Origin: Octopus vulgaris
Lineage: Eukaryota
Direction: 5' to 3'
DNA length: 64,000 nt
NCBI GenBank assembly: GCA_951406725.2
Contig: OX597825.1
Span: forward strand, 30,008,001 to 30,072,000
The notes under the pieces were generated by a model that worked only from the letters and a program-made list of their open reading frames with translations, ran no database searches and was not told where the DNA came from. Positions within the stretch are counted from its first letter, which is position 1. Each line of letters begins with the position of its first letter. Position numbers and translations under genes: made by a program. This document shows, in pieces, positions 13,531 through 27,049 of the stretch.

Positions 13531-14067
13531 GTTTCTTTGTCAATCTGTCTGTCTGTGTTTTCTCAGTCGATATAGGCATGGTTATGTGGTTAGAAGTTTG
13601 CTTCCCAACTGCACGGTTCTGGGTTCTATTTTGAGCCAGTGTTTTCTACTTATAGTTCCAAGTCAATGAAAGTATATATGTATGTATGTGTGTGTGTGTG
13701 TGTGTGTGTGTTATTTCTCCCTGCATTAGCATTGCATGATATTTGGAAAAGAATGTCTGTCACACAAACAGAGTCCTTTTTTCCAAATCTTCCTTGTAAA
13801 ACATGTCTGGTCATTGGTCATGGGAACAAATATTACCTTACTTGGCAACAGATGAGGTTTGGCAGCAGTAAAGGTATCCAGCTGTTGAGAATCCAACTCA
13901 ATAAAATTTTGTGTGACCTGTGCATGAATGAAGATGTTGAACAATGATATATGATCATCATCATCGTTACCAAAATCACCATCACCACCACCACCACCAC
14001 CACCACCATCATCATCATGATAATCATGATCATCATGATCATCATGATCATCGTCATCATCATCATG

Positions 14068-14265
14068 CTATCATCATCATTTAACGTCTGTTTTCCATAC
14101 TGGCATGGGTTAGATGGCTTTGACAGGAACTGGCAGGTCAAAAGACTGCACCAAGCTTAGCAGTTTGCTTTGGAATGGTTTCTCCAGTTGGATGCCCTTC
14201 CTAATGCCAACCACTCCGTGAGGTGCCAGGGGAGGCTGGCAATGGCCACGACCAGTTGGTGCCAA
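14068..14265 (-). mobile_element. RTE LINE 3' end
   Basis: catcatcatttaacgtctgttttccatactggcatggg...ggatgcccttcctaatgccaaccactcc. Confidence 0.8.
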
Positions 14266-14273
14266 AATATATG

Positions 14274-14311
<38 letters not shown>

Positions 14312-14312
14312 C

Positions 14313-14405
<93 letters not shown>

Positions 14406-14450
14406 GATGTAAGTATATAGTTATGCATGTACCTATGTGTGCATATATGT

Positions 14451-14730
14451 ATGTTACTCCATGGTAGTGAGATATGGGCCCTGAAAGAAGAGGATTTTTG
14501 AAAGCGAGAAAGAAACAAAGCAACGATGCTTTGCTGGATGTGTAATGTCAGCGCTGCTTCAGGCACCTGATGTATGTACAACATGATAACAGCTTCATAA
14601 ACTTTTCAAAGTGAATAGTAATTATGAAAGAGGAAGACTTAGAAAGGATGAAGTGATGGAAAGTGACATCGAGGTAGTGAACCTCACGAAACAGAAGACA
14701 CATGACTGTGACAAGTGGCAGCTTAAAGAA
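14451..14730 (+). mobile_element. Decayed RTE LINE ORF fragment
   Basis: Translates to MLLHGSEIWALKEEDF*KRERNKATMLCWMCNVS. Confidence 0.75.
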
Positions 14731-15017
14731 TATCTGCTTCTCAGACAAACATAGCAGAGAGGATTGAAACAAGGGAGTAAGAATGGTTTGCAGGCTCTTC
14801 TTTACATATACATGTAAGCATGCAAATATCTATACATATGTGTTCTTATTGAGATGTATATATACATCTACATTCATACATATATGTAGGAAAACATATA
14901 CCTATGTGATAACATTAGACATATCTACATATATATATATATATATATATACGTGCACACATACACACATGCACACAGACACACACACACATGCAGATAG
15001 ACAGACAATATGTATAT

Positions 15018-15104
<87 letters not shown>

Positions 15105-15107
<3 letters not shown>

Positions 15108-15453
15108 GGTTTGACAAAATAGTGGAAACACATTAAAATTTCAAACAAATTTATTTTAATATGGGGTAGGACCGCCTTTGGTAGTAATTACAGCTTGAAT
15201 TCTATGAAGTATAGACTTGTACAAAGTTTAAATTGTTTCTGAAGGAATTTTGTCCATTCTTTACCTAAAACAATCTCCAGTTCTTGTAGTGATGATGGTG
15301 GAGGGTATTGGCTCCTTAACTCTTTTTCTAAAATACACCATAAATGTTCAGTAATATTGAGATCTGGGGATTGTGGTGGCCAGATAAGATGTTCAACTTC
15401 ACAGGAATGTTCCTTGTGCCATTCAGTAACAACCTTAGCTGTGCCAATTGGTG
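15105..15453 (-). mobile_element. Tc1 transposon 3' fragment with one TIR
   Basis: TA|CAGGGTTTGACAAAATAGTGGAAACAC end; WPPQSPDLNITEHLWCILEK in the ORF track. Confidence 0.85.
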
Positions 15454-15489
<36 letters not shown>

Positions 15490-15620
15490 TTAACGTCCGT
15501 TTTCCATGCAGGCATGGGTTGGACAGTTTGACTGAGGTCTGGCAAGCCAGTGAACTGCACCCAGCTCCAATCTGATCTGGCAATGTTTCTACAGCTGGAT
15601 GCCCTTCCTAATGCCCTTCC
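15454..15620 (-). mobile_element. RTE LINE 3' end truncating the Tc1 fragment
   Basis: (CAT)n followed by the conserved RTE 3' UTR. Confidence 0.8.
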
Positions 15621-15661
15621 TACATATATATATACATATACACACGCACTTGCACATGTAT

Positions 15662-15713
<52 letters not shown>

Positions 15714-15872
15714 TAGTAGGGAATATAAAATTCCAATATTTATTCAAATATTTTAAAGATCTTTCTGTATGATTTATTATAGATAATATCTTACACTATT
15801 AATTGAATTACTTAATAGAGGTTTTGTTTCTTAATTATTTACATATATATATATATACATATACATATATAC

Positions 15873-15933
<61 letters not shown>

Positions 15934-16043
15934 AAAAAAGGTTTGAAAATGCAATTTAAACGATGTTTATTTAATTAACCGGTTTCACTCTTTGGTAAAA
16001 GATTGTCAAAAGTAACATTTAAGGAAACATTGAATAATATGGG

Positions 16044-16168
16044 TTCAAAAAAGTTTTTTACATAATTGTCACATTGAATATTATGCATTCAAAAAAGTTT
16101 TTTACATAATTGTCACATTGGATATTATGAATTCAAAAATGTTTTTTTTATACATAATTGTCACATTA
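16044..16168. repeat. 44-bp tandem repeat, about 3 copies (mirrored in the right arm)
   Basis: Unit ttcaaaaaagttttttacataattgtcacattgaatattatgca. Confidence 0.85.
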
Positions 16169-16816
16169 CATGTATAAATATAGTGTTTGGTAACAGAGAA
16201 GTTCAATAGTGTGATGAGAATATTTGGGAAAATTTGGCAGAAAAGGATAAAACAAATATATTATTGGGAATTGGTTGCGTTAATTATTGGTTGTCGCAAA
16301 TTGTCACATTATATGTATATATATACAGTCTTTGGTATATATGTACAGCCTTTTGACAGCAAAAATTAAAATGGATTTTTTATACATCTCAGAATATTTT
16401 AAGTTCAAGGCGAGAATATGTTTTTACTGACCTGTCGGTATTAGCAGAAAGGCTGAACTGAGAGAAAAGAAGAAGTAGCCAATGTGGTGTATACTTCCCC
16501 TTTATGCATGAATGATTTTGGGGTTATCAGGAGGTTAGTATGCGGGTGTGAATAGATGTGTCCGTGCCTGCTGGTCAGATAGCGTCTGTTTGTCACACAC
16601 ACATATATACACACACACACACACACACAACAACACACACACACACACACATAGTATACAAACACACACCACATACAAACAACACACACACACACACAGA
16701 ACACACACACCCACACACTGTGTGCACTGTGTGCGGGTGTGTGTGTATGTGTGTGTGTGTATGTGTGTGTGTGAGCATTGTGTACGTGTGTATGTATTTA
16801 CATGTGTATTTGTTTT

Positions 16817-16851
<35 letters not shown>

Positions 16852-17652
16852 TGTGTGTGTATATGCATGGTATGTGTGTATATGTTAGTACTTTGTTTGT
16901 GTGTGTGTGCGGTATGTAGAGATATATTTGAGTGTGTACGCTATAGGTTTGTAATTTGTGTGTGTGGGGGTGGTGGGGGTGAATTTTTTATATATATATA
17001 TGTGTGTGTATGTGTGTGAAAATATATATGTATGTGCATGTATGTATGTGTGTATGTGTGTATATATATGTATATATATGTATATATATATGTGTGTGTG
17101 TATGTGTGTGTGTGTATATTTATTTGCATGTTTATGTGTGTATAAACATGTACATTATTTGCATGCGCATTGTGTATATGTATATTGTATGTATGTGTAT
17201 TGGATATGTATGTGTACAATTAAGTGTATATATGTGTGTGTATGTGTGCATTGTATATATGTATATTGTAGGTGTGCTATATATGCATGGATACATGTAT
17301 ATGCATTGCGTGTATATATATGTATGCATTGTGTATGTATGTTATGTGTGTGTGTGTGTATATATTATATGTGTGCGTACGTGTATGTGTATGCATTGTA
17401 TGTATGTGTATTGTGTGTATATGTGGTACATCTATGTATGTGTATGTAAACACTATTTATATGTATATATGTATATATGTATATGCATTGTCTATATATA
17501 TATATATATTATATGTATGTATTGCGTATGTATATTGCATGCATATATTGTGTATGTGTATTATTTACATGCTGTATGTGTGTATTGTATGTGTATATAT
17601 ATGCTAGGTGTATTTGTGTGATATTTATATTATGTATGTATGTGTGCGTGCG

Positions 17653-17689
<37 letters not shown>

Positions 17690-17890
17690 GTGTGTGTATG
17701 TGTGTTATATATCTGTGTATATTATATATAGATACATGTTATATTTGTGTGCTGTGTGTATATGTGATATATGTGGGTGCGTTGTGTGTGGGTGTGTGTG
17801 TTCTGTGTGTGTGTGTGTGTTGTTTGTATGTGGTGTGTGTTGTTTGTATGTGGTGTGTGTTTGTATACTATGTGTGTGTGTGTGTGTTGT

Positions 17891-17925
<35 letters not shown>

Positions 17926-18506
17926 GTGACAAACAGACGCTATCTGACCAGCAGGCATGGACACATCTATTCACACCCGCATACTAACCTCCTGATAACC
18001 CCAAAATCATTCATGCATAAAGGGGAAGTATACACCACATTGGCTACTTCTTCTTTTCTCTCAGTTCAGCCTTTCTGCTAATACCGACAGGTCAGTAAAA
18101 ACATATTCTCGCCTTGAACTTAAAATATTCTGAGATGTATAAAAAATCCATTTTAATTTTTGCTGTCAAAAGGCTGTATATATATACCAAAGACTGTATA
18201 TATATACATGTAATGTGACAATTTGCGACAACCAATAATTAACGCAACCAATTCCCAATAATATATTTGTTTTATCCTTTTCTGCCAAATTTTCCCAAAT
18301 ATTCTCATCACACTATTGAACTTCTCTGTTACCAAACACTATATTTATACATGTAATGTGACAATTATGTATAAAAAAAACATTTTTGAATTCATAATAT
18401 CCAATGTGACAATTATGTAAAAAACTTTTTTGAATGCATAATATTCAATGTGACAATTATGTAAAAAACTTTTTTGAACCCATATTATTCAATGTTTCCT
18501 TAAATG

Positions 18507-18551
18507 TTACTTTTGACAATCTTTTACCAAAGAGTGAAACCGGTAAAGTAA
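18507..18551 (+). ncRNA. Minimal hammerhead-like motif, U3-A8 variant
   Basis: TTACTT-TTGACAA-TCTTT-tacc-AAAGA-gt-GAAAC-CG-GTA-AAGTAA: perfect 6-bp helix I and palindromic helix III (ACCGGT); the helix II junction is imperfect. Confidence 0.5.
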
Positions 18552-20007
18552 ATAAACATCGTTTAAATTGCATTTTCAAACCTTTTTTCTTATATAATCC
18601 CACTCGTGCGATACCCCACAACTCAACTTTTTTATATATATATATACACACAGATTACACATGCATACATAGTTACATATACATACACAAACACATGCAT
18701 ACGCGCATACGCACATACATACATACAAACACATATATGAACCTGTATCCATACACAGCATATATTTATATAGCGAAATGAAATGTTCAAGTAGACAAGA
18801 CAGATTATTTTTAGTTGGACATAACCATCTGTTGACAAATGACAACTGACTGATCGGAAATGCCCTCAAGTATTTTGGCTTCTAAAGTTCCACAGAACAA
18901 ACACGGAAGAAGGGAAATGTGTGAGTTTACTCACATGCCTTGTTCAAACTGTATTTCATTTTATTGATTAACCTCATAAAATCTACTTATAGTTCCATTT
19001 GTTGAATGTATCTTCAAGTATGTCAGTATGTTCTTCAACCACAATGCTAGTTGCTTAGAACAATTACACCAATATCAATATGAATGCTGTCAGCAAAAAT
19101 ATAAGCACGAGATACTCGAATATTTATGAGTTCTTCCACCACAAACGAAATGATGAAAGTATGAATGAGATGATAAGAGAGACTATGTGTATGATTGTGT
19201 CTTCTTGTCTTCTATTATAATTCCATTTTCATCTACTATTCATCTTAGGAATTCATCCCAGAAATTGTCTACTACCTTATTACAATAAGTCCTTGAAGAA
19301 TAAAGGGCAATTCTGAGCTTAGTGGTATTTGAACTTAGAATATAAAGAGCTCTAGTTATATGCTGTAAAGAATTTTGTCCAGCATTTTAACAAATCGGAT
19401 GATACATTGCTCAACCTGCTAAAGATAGCAGGCAAATCTCCTTCAAACCAGGCCTTAGCACCATCATCTTTATCCTCTTTTAACATCCTTATTCATGCTG
19501 GCATGCTGACAGTTTGACAGAAGCTGATGAGTTCAAGGACCACATCATGCTCCAGTATCTGTTTTGGCATTGTTTCTATGGCTAGATGCCCTTCCTAATG
19601 CCAACCACATTTCAAAGTGTACTGGGTGCCCCCTTTTTTTTTCTTTTTTTTTTTTTGGTGGCAGCAACACAGATGAAGTCACCAAGCAGTTTGCAAGACA
19701 AAATTGCCCTTTTACTGAGTTGGGCTACGGTAGAGAGGGGGACAGATTTACACAAGGGGATTAGTGGTTAAAGTATGAGAAAAGGGACCAGAACAAAGCA
19801 AGTTGCTGCAAAAGAGCTATATCGTTACTCACAATGTGAAAAGCAGGACAAGAGAACCTGAAGTTGAGATGAAAGAAGATAGGGGTGACAAAGGGTCAGG
19901 ATGGACCCTCTGGACATGGGATCAGTAGAAATGAATGAGGAGTGGGCAAAACTGGACATATTGATTATGTAGTAAGAGACTGAATGGTCATATAAGTGGA
20001 AGTAGTT

Positions 20008-20116
20008 TTCTGTATTGGGATGGTTAATCTATATTGGGCCAGTTAATACATATCGAGCTGGTTAATCCATACTGGGCTTGTTAATCCTATTGCGCTGGTT
20101 AATCTGTATTGCACTG
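20008..20116. repeat. Degenerate ~19-bp minisatellite, 5-6 copies
   Basis: Unit approximately TGGTTAATCCATATTGGGC. Confidence 0.7.
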
Positions 20117-20144
20117 AACAATTCGTGGTTATCGTTTTATCTTC

Positions 20145-20530
20145 CATCTTCTACTTATTTCAGTCATAAAACTGTGGCCATGCTGGGGCACCACCTTGAG
20201 GAATCTTAGTCAAACAAGTTAACCTCACTACTTACTATTAAAGCTGGTGCTTATTCTATCAGTCTTTTTGCTGAACTGCTAAGCTACAGGCACAAAACAC
20301 ACAAGCACCAATTGACAAAGTAGTGGTGGGAAACAAACACAGACACAAAGATACGCATACACACACACTCACTTGATGGGCTTCTTTCAGTTTCTGTCTA
20401 CTAAATTCAAGCACACGGCTTTGGTCAGCTGAAGGCAATAGTGGAAGACAGTCTTCTGAGATGCCACTTAATGGGATTAAATCTGGACCCATGTGGTAGG
20501 AAAGCAAACTGCCTGCCACACAGCCATGCC
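20145..20530 (-). mobile_element. SINE family 2, older diverged copy
   Basis: Diverged match to 11289-11692. Confidence 0.75.
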
Positions 20531-20559
20531 TGACAAAATTGCTCATGTACTTAAAGATA

Positions 20560-22562
20560 CTGTAAAAACCCATGTGATTTACATACTTTTTTTTGCAAAA
20601 ATGAAAATAAATTTTAGCAGGTGTGTAAATTACGTGAGTAGATCGTTACCAGAATGTTTTCAGAAATATTCTTTATTGAGAAATGACATACAGGAAGTTG
20701 ACTCATTTAATGTCAGAATAGTTTTTTACAGAAAAAATATAATGGAGTTGACTTTTATTTATGTTGGACCTATATAATGCTTACTTTTTATAATATACAG
20801 TATAATACTTACTGTATAAATTTACTAAAACCATTAAATGGTTAACTACTTTTTGAAGTTTGATATTCATGCTGGTAATCACAGTCTGGGCCATATTTTA
20901 CATTGCTTGGAGTTTCTGTCTCTCACAATGGGGCCCAGCAATTTCCTTAAATAGATCAGTTTTTCTCTGCTTAGGGAGTGTAGCTTGCGTTTGCACCAGG
21001 AAGGTATTTGTTCACTTTCTCCACATTATGACAATGAAATTCCTCACCGCTGCTATCGCTGTTATCAGCTCTTACTGCATCTAACATCTCTTTTACTCTT
21101 TACTCTTTTACTTGTTTCAGTCATTTGACTGTGGCCATGCTGGAGCACCATCTTTAGTCAAGCAAATTGACCCCAGGACTTATTCTTTGTAAGCCTAGTA
21201 CTTATTCTATTGGTCTCTTTTTTGCCGAACCGCCAAGTTACAGGGGCATAAACACACCAGCATCAGTTGTCAAGTGATGTTGGGCGGGACAAATACAGAT
21301 ATACAAACATATACACACACATATATATATTTACATATATACGATGAGCTTCTTTCAGTTTCCGTCTAGCAAATCTACTCACAAGGCTTTGGTCAGCCTG
21401 AGGCTATACTAGAAAACACTTGCCCAAGGTGCCACACAGTGGGACTGAACCTGGAACCAAGTGATTCGTAAGCAAGCTACTCACCACACAACCACTCCTG
21501 CAACATCAACTACGATAACATCATAAATCATCCTTGCACCTGTAAACTCACTAAGTGAATATGACTTAGCATTCCTATAGAAACCTTCATTTACTTTATA
21601 CGATGTTCAATCTCGTTTCACATTCACGTTGAATTATGCAGCAATCTTATGTTCTCTTCATAGAACACTTGTAATATATGTATTACCAGTTCTTTTGGCA
21701 TAGTAGAATTTTACTATTCTTGCTTATGTCTCCTCACAGCCATGTATATTCAGACAAGTCGCTTCTTAAATTTCGCACCTCTCTTGCTCAATAAACACTG
21801 AGTTAAACCTGCAAAGCTGTTTATTTTCTCCTTTTAATTTTTAATGTTTATTTTAGTGGGTTACCAAACTATCAGTTTGGTCTACCACCTAAAACGGTAA
21901 TGACAAATTTTAAAGTTTGCTTGACATTTCATAAGTGTGAAAGAAATTAAAATTTCGATACTCCATATCAAAGGTTCCGACAAGAATAGGCAGAAAACCA
22001 GAGCTTGAGACAAGAAGACACTTTCGACCAATCAGAATTCTGTTTACATAATCAGTTTGATCGGTCACCTTCCTCTGTCAGTTGAGTAGTGTCATCCAAG
22101 CTGATGTTTACTGGTAATTAAACTTATTTTGCAACACATGTGCATATTTATCAACTTCGTTTTTGTTGATAAGAATTATCAACAACTTTTTCTCTGATTG
22201 TGATTTGAGAAGACATACAGAAGTATGCTAAGATCAAATATAATTTCTTGTGGGCAAGAAATGTAAAATAAAGTTTATTATTAACAGCACAAACACTTCG
22301 CAGTTTAATAGCTTTCAATGTGATGCCTGTTAAACAGAAATTATTTTTATGTAATGAAAATTTAATAAAATCTAGTCATAAGTAAGTGAAATTATGCTAA
22401 CTACAACTAAATTGAAAACCTTTTCCCCTGGACATATCAGCAATTCTGAACACTTTTGGGTGCAAATATTACATGATCAGAAGCTTTTTAAAACAAATTT
22501 TATCCTGAAAATCACCTATGTAAATTACACAGGTGCGCAGATTATTATATGGGTTTTTACGG
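20560..22562. mobile_element. Non-autonomous pogo-like (Tc1/mariner superfamily) DNA element
   Basis: TA|CTGTAAAAACCCATGT ... ATATGGGTTTTTACGG|TA inverted termini, with a TGTAAATTAC subterminal motif at both ends. No recognisable transposase. Confidence 0.6.
21087..21501 (-). mobile_element. SINE family 2, full length
   Basis: Same structure as 11289-11692; flanked by a short AACATC direct repeat. Confidence 0.9.
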
Positions 22563-23428
22563 TACATGTAGCATATGAAACTATAAGTAGTTTTCATGAG
22601 GTTAATCAATAAAATGAAATACAGTTTGAACAAGGCATGTGAGTAAACTCACACATTTCCCTTCTTCCGTGTTTGTTCTGTGGAACTTTAGAAGCCAAAA
22701 TACTTGAGGCCATTTCCGATCAGTCGGTTGTCATTTGTCAACAGATGGTTATGTCCAACTAAAAATAATCTGTCTTGTCTACTTGAACATTTCATTTCGC
22801 TATATAAATATATGCTGTGTATGGATACAGGTACATATATGTGTTCGTATGTATGTGTGTATGTATGTATGTATGTATGTATGTATGTATGTATGTATGT
22901 ATGTATGTGTGTATGTACGTTTGTGTGTCTATTGTGTTAGTATGTATGTGTGTATGCATGCATATATGTATCCCCTCTATGCAAATATGTATATACATTC
23001 AATGTGTATATGTAGCAGTGGTTAAACAAAAACATAGAATTGTTACTAACCAAAAAAGGAATCTAAATGCTTGCTTGATTTGCTACCAATAATAGCTAAA
23101 TCCTTGTTAAATTGTACACAACTATTATAGATTAGTGAATGTGTTGGTCCTAACAGTTAGGGTGTTCCATCCATGAGCATAAGATTCTGGGTTCAATTCC
23201 TGAGCAACATGTTTGTCCTCAAACAAGGCATTCCATTTCCCGTTTCCAGAATCTTGTCAACTGTAATGAGTACTTACCAAATGCTGGTATAAACCTTTTT
23301 CCTTTCAAGCAGCCACATCCAAGTTGTTCCATTGGATGAAGGTGGAGGTGCTGAAAGGTGGTTCATGTTTACTTGTGACTACATGGGTACCGAAAACAAT
23401 TAGCAAAAACCCAGTACCACCTCGTATA

Positions 23429-23508
23429 TTAGTGCGTAATCTTCCATACTGATAAGAAAGAAATAAGTAATGTTAGACTTGCCATGAACAGTTCCGATGA
23501 TATCACAC
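23429..23508 (-). CDS. Candidate phase-1 last exon encoding a hydrophobic tail (xVISSELFMASLTLLISFLSVWKITH*)
   Basis: Good acceptor tctttcctgtcttgttgcag and an open frame with a TM/GPI-like segment. No transcript evidence. Confidence 0.3.
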
Positions 23509-23629
23509 CTGCAACAAGACAGGAAAGATCTATTTTCTTTTTGTGGCATAGTTCAGTTGTGCTGTGGAAGATTCCAGCCAATCAGAGCTGGAGGCATATG
23601 AATAAAACAATAGTGATCTAACTTAGGGG

Positions 23630-23790
23630 ATTTCTGTTCTGGTAGAGACTGATTGACTCATAAAGCTGATGCATCATTGTAACTGCATGTGTGTGTGTGT
23701 GTATAAATAAATGCATGTATAAATAAACGTTTGCATGGGAGCCTATATATGTATACACACATATGCATGAGTGTGCATGTATGTATGTAC

Positions 23791-23829
<39 letters not shown>

Positions 23830-23985
23830 TGTATGCATGTATATATATGTAAATATATATATATATATTGGCCTGCTCGCTTAGCCAGCAGGGTGACGTA
23901 ATTTGAAGGCTAAAACAGTATGAAGTGCATTGTGACCAGCGATGTGTAGCAACATCTGATAGCCTGGTCGATCATGGTGATCACG

Positions 23986-24029
<44 letters not shown>

Positions 24030-26515
24030 GTATGGAGGATAGAGTATTCAATATTGGAGGTACTCAATACAATAAAGAAGTGGCAGTTTCAAACCAGTTG
24101 CAGATTTGACAGCATAGAAGCAACATCGTTTTCTTTAACATGTCTCATTTTCTGTGTCCACCACCAAACTACATACAACTCATTTGATTAATATCAGCTT
24201 CCATTCTGCTTCATATAAACCTCAGTGTATATAGCAAGCCATGCGATTTTTCCTGTCATTCATACACATATATTTGGTTCTCATTCATATACAAGTTTAA
24301 TCCTTGTTACCACTTGCTAGCACTCATTACACTACTGAATGAATTTCAATGTTTTTCTTTTATAAACTTGCCTTCTGAATATCCTTTATTCATGCCTCTT
24401 TAAGAAATCACTGGAAATTGATTCTTTCTATGAACTGTCTTTAAAAAAATGCTAACTACACATTATATGTTACAATTCGAACATGTTACATACAGGAGAC
24501 ATTCCTTCTAACTTACATTAGTGACTCACTTAGCTACACACCCTTAATTATGTTGCAACCCAATATTGTTATATTGAAAATATATCTCCCACCACAATCA
24601 TGGTCAGAATTCTTGGTAAACCTTAAAAACATGAAGCTTTGATATTAAATAAAGTGAATCGTTATGTAAATATATTCTCTTTGAAAGAATTTAATGTTCT
24701 CAACATTAAATGCTCAGAGAGCAAGCCACTTGGGCCAAGACAAGCCACATCACTGCTTGAGATGAGCAACATGATGTCTTGGTGTAACAAAAAGAAAAGA
24801 AATTAAACTAAATATTCTGTTCCCAACTAAAGGTTACAATGCTTTAGATTCCTGCTTAGTAAATAATGTACACCTCATCCAGGATATGAAACTGACTCCT
24901 ACAATCTTCTCTCATGTGTGTGTGTGTATGTGCCCAATCCTCATCATCATCACACCTATCACTACTGCCACTACCACCACCACCACCACCACCATCACCA
25001 TCCTCCTTCTCCTCATTATCAATTAATGGGTGGTTTAACCGTATCAAACAGATTACAATGGGCTTCAGTGCCTGCTTTGACAAGGTTTCTACGGCTGGGT
25101 TCTTCCCTTCATGGTGCCAACCAATTTATCAAGTGTGGTAGGTGCTTTATTTACCGAGTATGGTAGGTGCTGAGATTGCCAAATATGGCACAATGTATTG
25201 CAAGCAGTGTTGCAAATGAATCCAATTTTAATTATCTGAAAGATTAATGAAAATCCATTGTAAGTTGAGATGGCTTAACATTTTCAAAATCCAAAAGAAA
25301 ATGCAATCTATACGCAGCAAATATTTTCAAGAATGCAAGATTTAGGCAGTGGATATATTCCAATGCTCATGAAGAATCTAATCCTTGAGAAGTGATAAAT
25401 TATGAAGAGCTGAAGGTTCTAGATTAATTAATATCCCTAATTAAAATTAAACCTTCTAAAGAAATAAGACAAAAATATAATGATCCTACAAATATGAGGG
25501 AGCAGTAAAGATAACTCAGATTAGTTAAAACATATTAATCAACCCTTATGTTTTCTATAAATCTGCAAACATAGAACACAGCTTCAGAGCATTGAGAAGA
25601 AAAAAAAAGTAAAAGAAATAAAAGACCTTGTGTAGAATGTTCTCAAAAGGTAAATGGAATTTTGGTTGGAGATTTCAACAGGCAAATACCTATTTCTTTA
25701 CTACCCACAAGGGGCTAAACACAGAGAGGACAAACAAGGACAGACAAAAGGATTAAGTCGATTATATCAATCCCAGTGCATAACTGGTACTTATTTAATC
25801 GACCCCGAAAGGATGAAAAGCAAAGTTGACCTCGGCGGAATTTGAACTCAGAACATAGCAGCAGACGAAATACTGCTAAGCATTTCGCCCGGCATGCTAA
25901 CATTTCTGCCAGCTCACCACCTTAACAGGCAAATACCTGAACAAAGCAAGTTCTTCAAAACAGAAATTTAGCATAAATAATTGGCAATCAGAAATCAGAT
26001 TGACAGAGATCTTTCTAGTTTCCTGCAGAACATTATTCAAAACCCATGCTCAAAGGCCATAATTGAACTACCCCTGTTATATTTCTAGATTCCCTTAGAA
26101 GTGAAAAGCTTAAAAAAAGAAAATGCCAATAGAACGCATAATATATTTTATCCATAAGGAAAAAGCAGAGCAGAGGCTAAAATACACAAGCCTATTGCTT
26201 TGATTTCGAACATCGTCAAGGTCATGTAATCAATTATTGGGATGACTGGGTGGTTGAGTTCTGAAATGGGGTATGACTTACTAAATGGTGGTGGTGGTGG
26301 TGGTGGCGGCGGTGGTGGTGGTGGTGGTGGTGGTGGCGGTGGTGGTGGTGGTGGTGCTGCTGCTACTGCTGCTACTTGGCATGATTTCTGTTCTGGTAGA
26401 GACTGATTGACTCATAAAGCTGATGCATGTGTGTGTGTATACACACATGTATATATGTATAAATAAACATTTGCATGGGAGCCTATGTATATATAAATAA
26501 ACATTTGTATATGTG

Positions 26516-26546
<31 letters not shown>

Positions 26547-26594
26547 ATATATATATATAATGTATGGAGGATAGAGTATTCAATATTGGAGGTA
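23630..26594. repeat. Local direct duplication (23630-24062 and 26384-26594)
   Basis: Both copies share atttctgttctggtagagactgattgactcataaagctgatgca ... tttgcatgggagccta ... aatgtatggaggatagagtattcaatattggaggta. Copy 1 has a SINE-1 tail at 23868-23990. Confidence 0.85.
25692..25923 (-). mobile_element. SINE family 3 with 15-bp TSD
   Basis: TSD AACAGGCAAATACCT at 25677-25691 and 25924-25938. Confidence 0.9.
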
Positions 26595-27049
26595 AAGTGT
26601 ATGATTTATTAAGTTTACCAAAATGGTTTTCTAAAGCACAATGCTGTAAATTATTGAATGATATGAAAGGGAACCATTAGCTGTAACTGCCTGAGGTTCA
26701 TTTCAAAAATATCATACAATAATTCTCCTAGTTTTCTAAATTTGCCAAGATTATGTATCATTCGGCATAGGTTTCACAAACTTGAATTTATACTAAGGAG
26801 GAAATGAGTCTAAACTGAGGACTAGACTCAGATAGTTTCCTGAAATTTCTTTCAGATGTGTCATTTGAACAGCTGTTAGAAATGCGGGCAAGCTTTTCTG
26901 AAAAGTGGGCTATATGAAATATGTTTCATCATCAGGCAGGCTTAATTATTAAAAACATTGAAGGCATTTTTTCATTGGGTATACCATTTAGAAAAGTTAT
27001 ATCGTGATATCGCTAGTGATAACAATACTCAAAATATATAACAGACTGG

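Larger units (their letters stand above)
15926..18596. repeat. Large near-perfect inverted duplication (arms 15926-16717 and 17785-18596) around a degenerate TG/TA spacer
   Basis: The arms are reverse complements with only a few substitutions and one short duplication. The mirrored ORFs 16187+/18153- differ by one residue. Confidence 0.95.
18715..22858. repeat. Second inverted duplication (~280-bp arms at 18715-18994 and 22579-22858)
   Basis: The arms are high-identity reverse complements; ORFs 18576- and 22704+ are nearly identical. Confidence 0.9.

Noticed and set aside
16187-18335. Mirrored 60-aa ORFs as duplicated genes
   Set aside because: They are by-products of the palindrome, with non-ATG starts and no recognisable domain.
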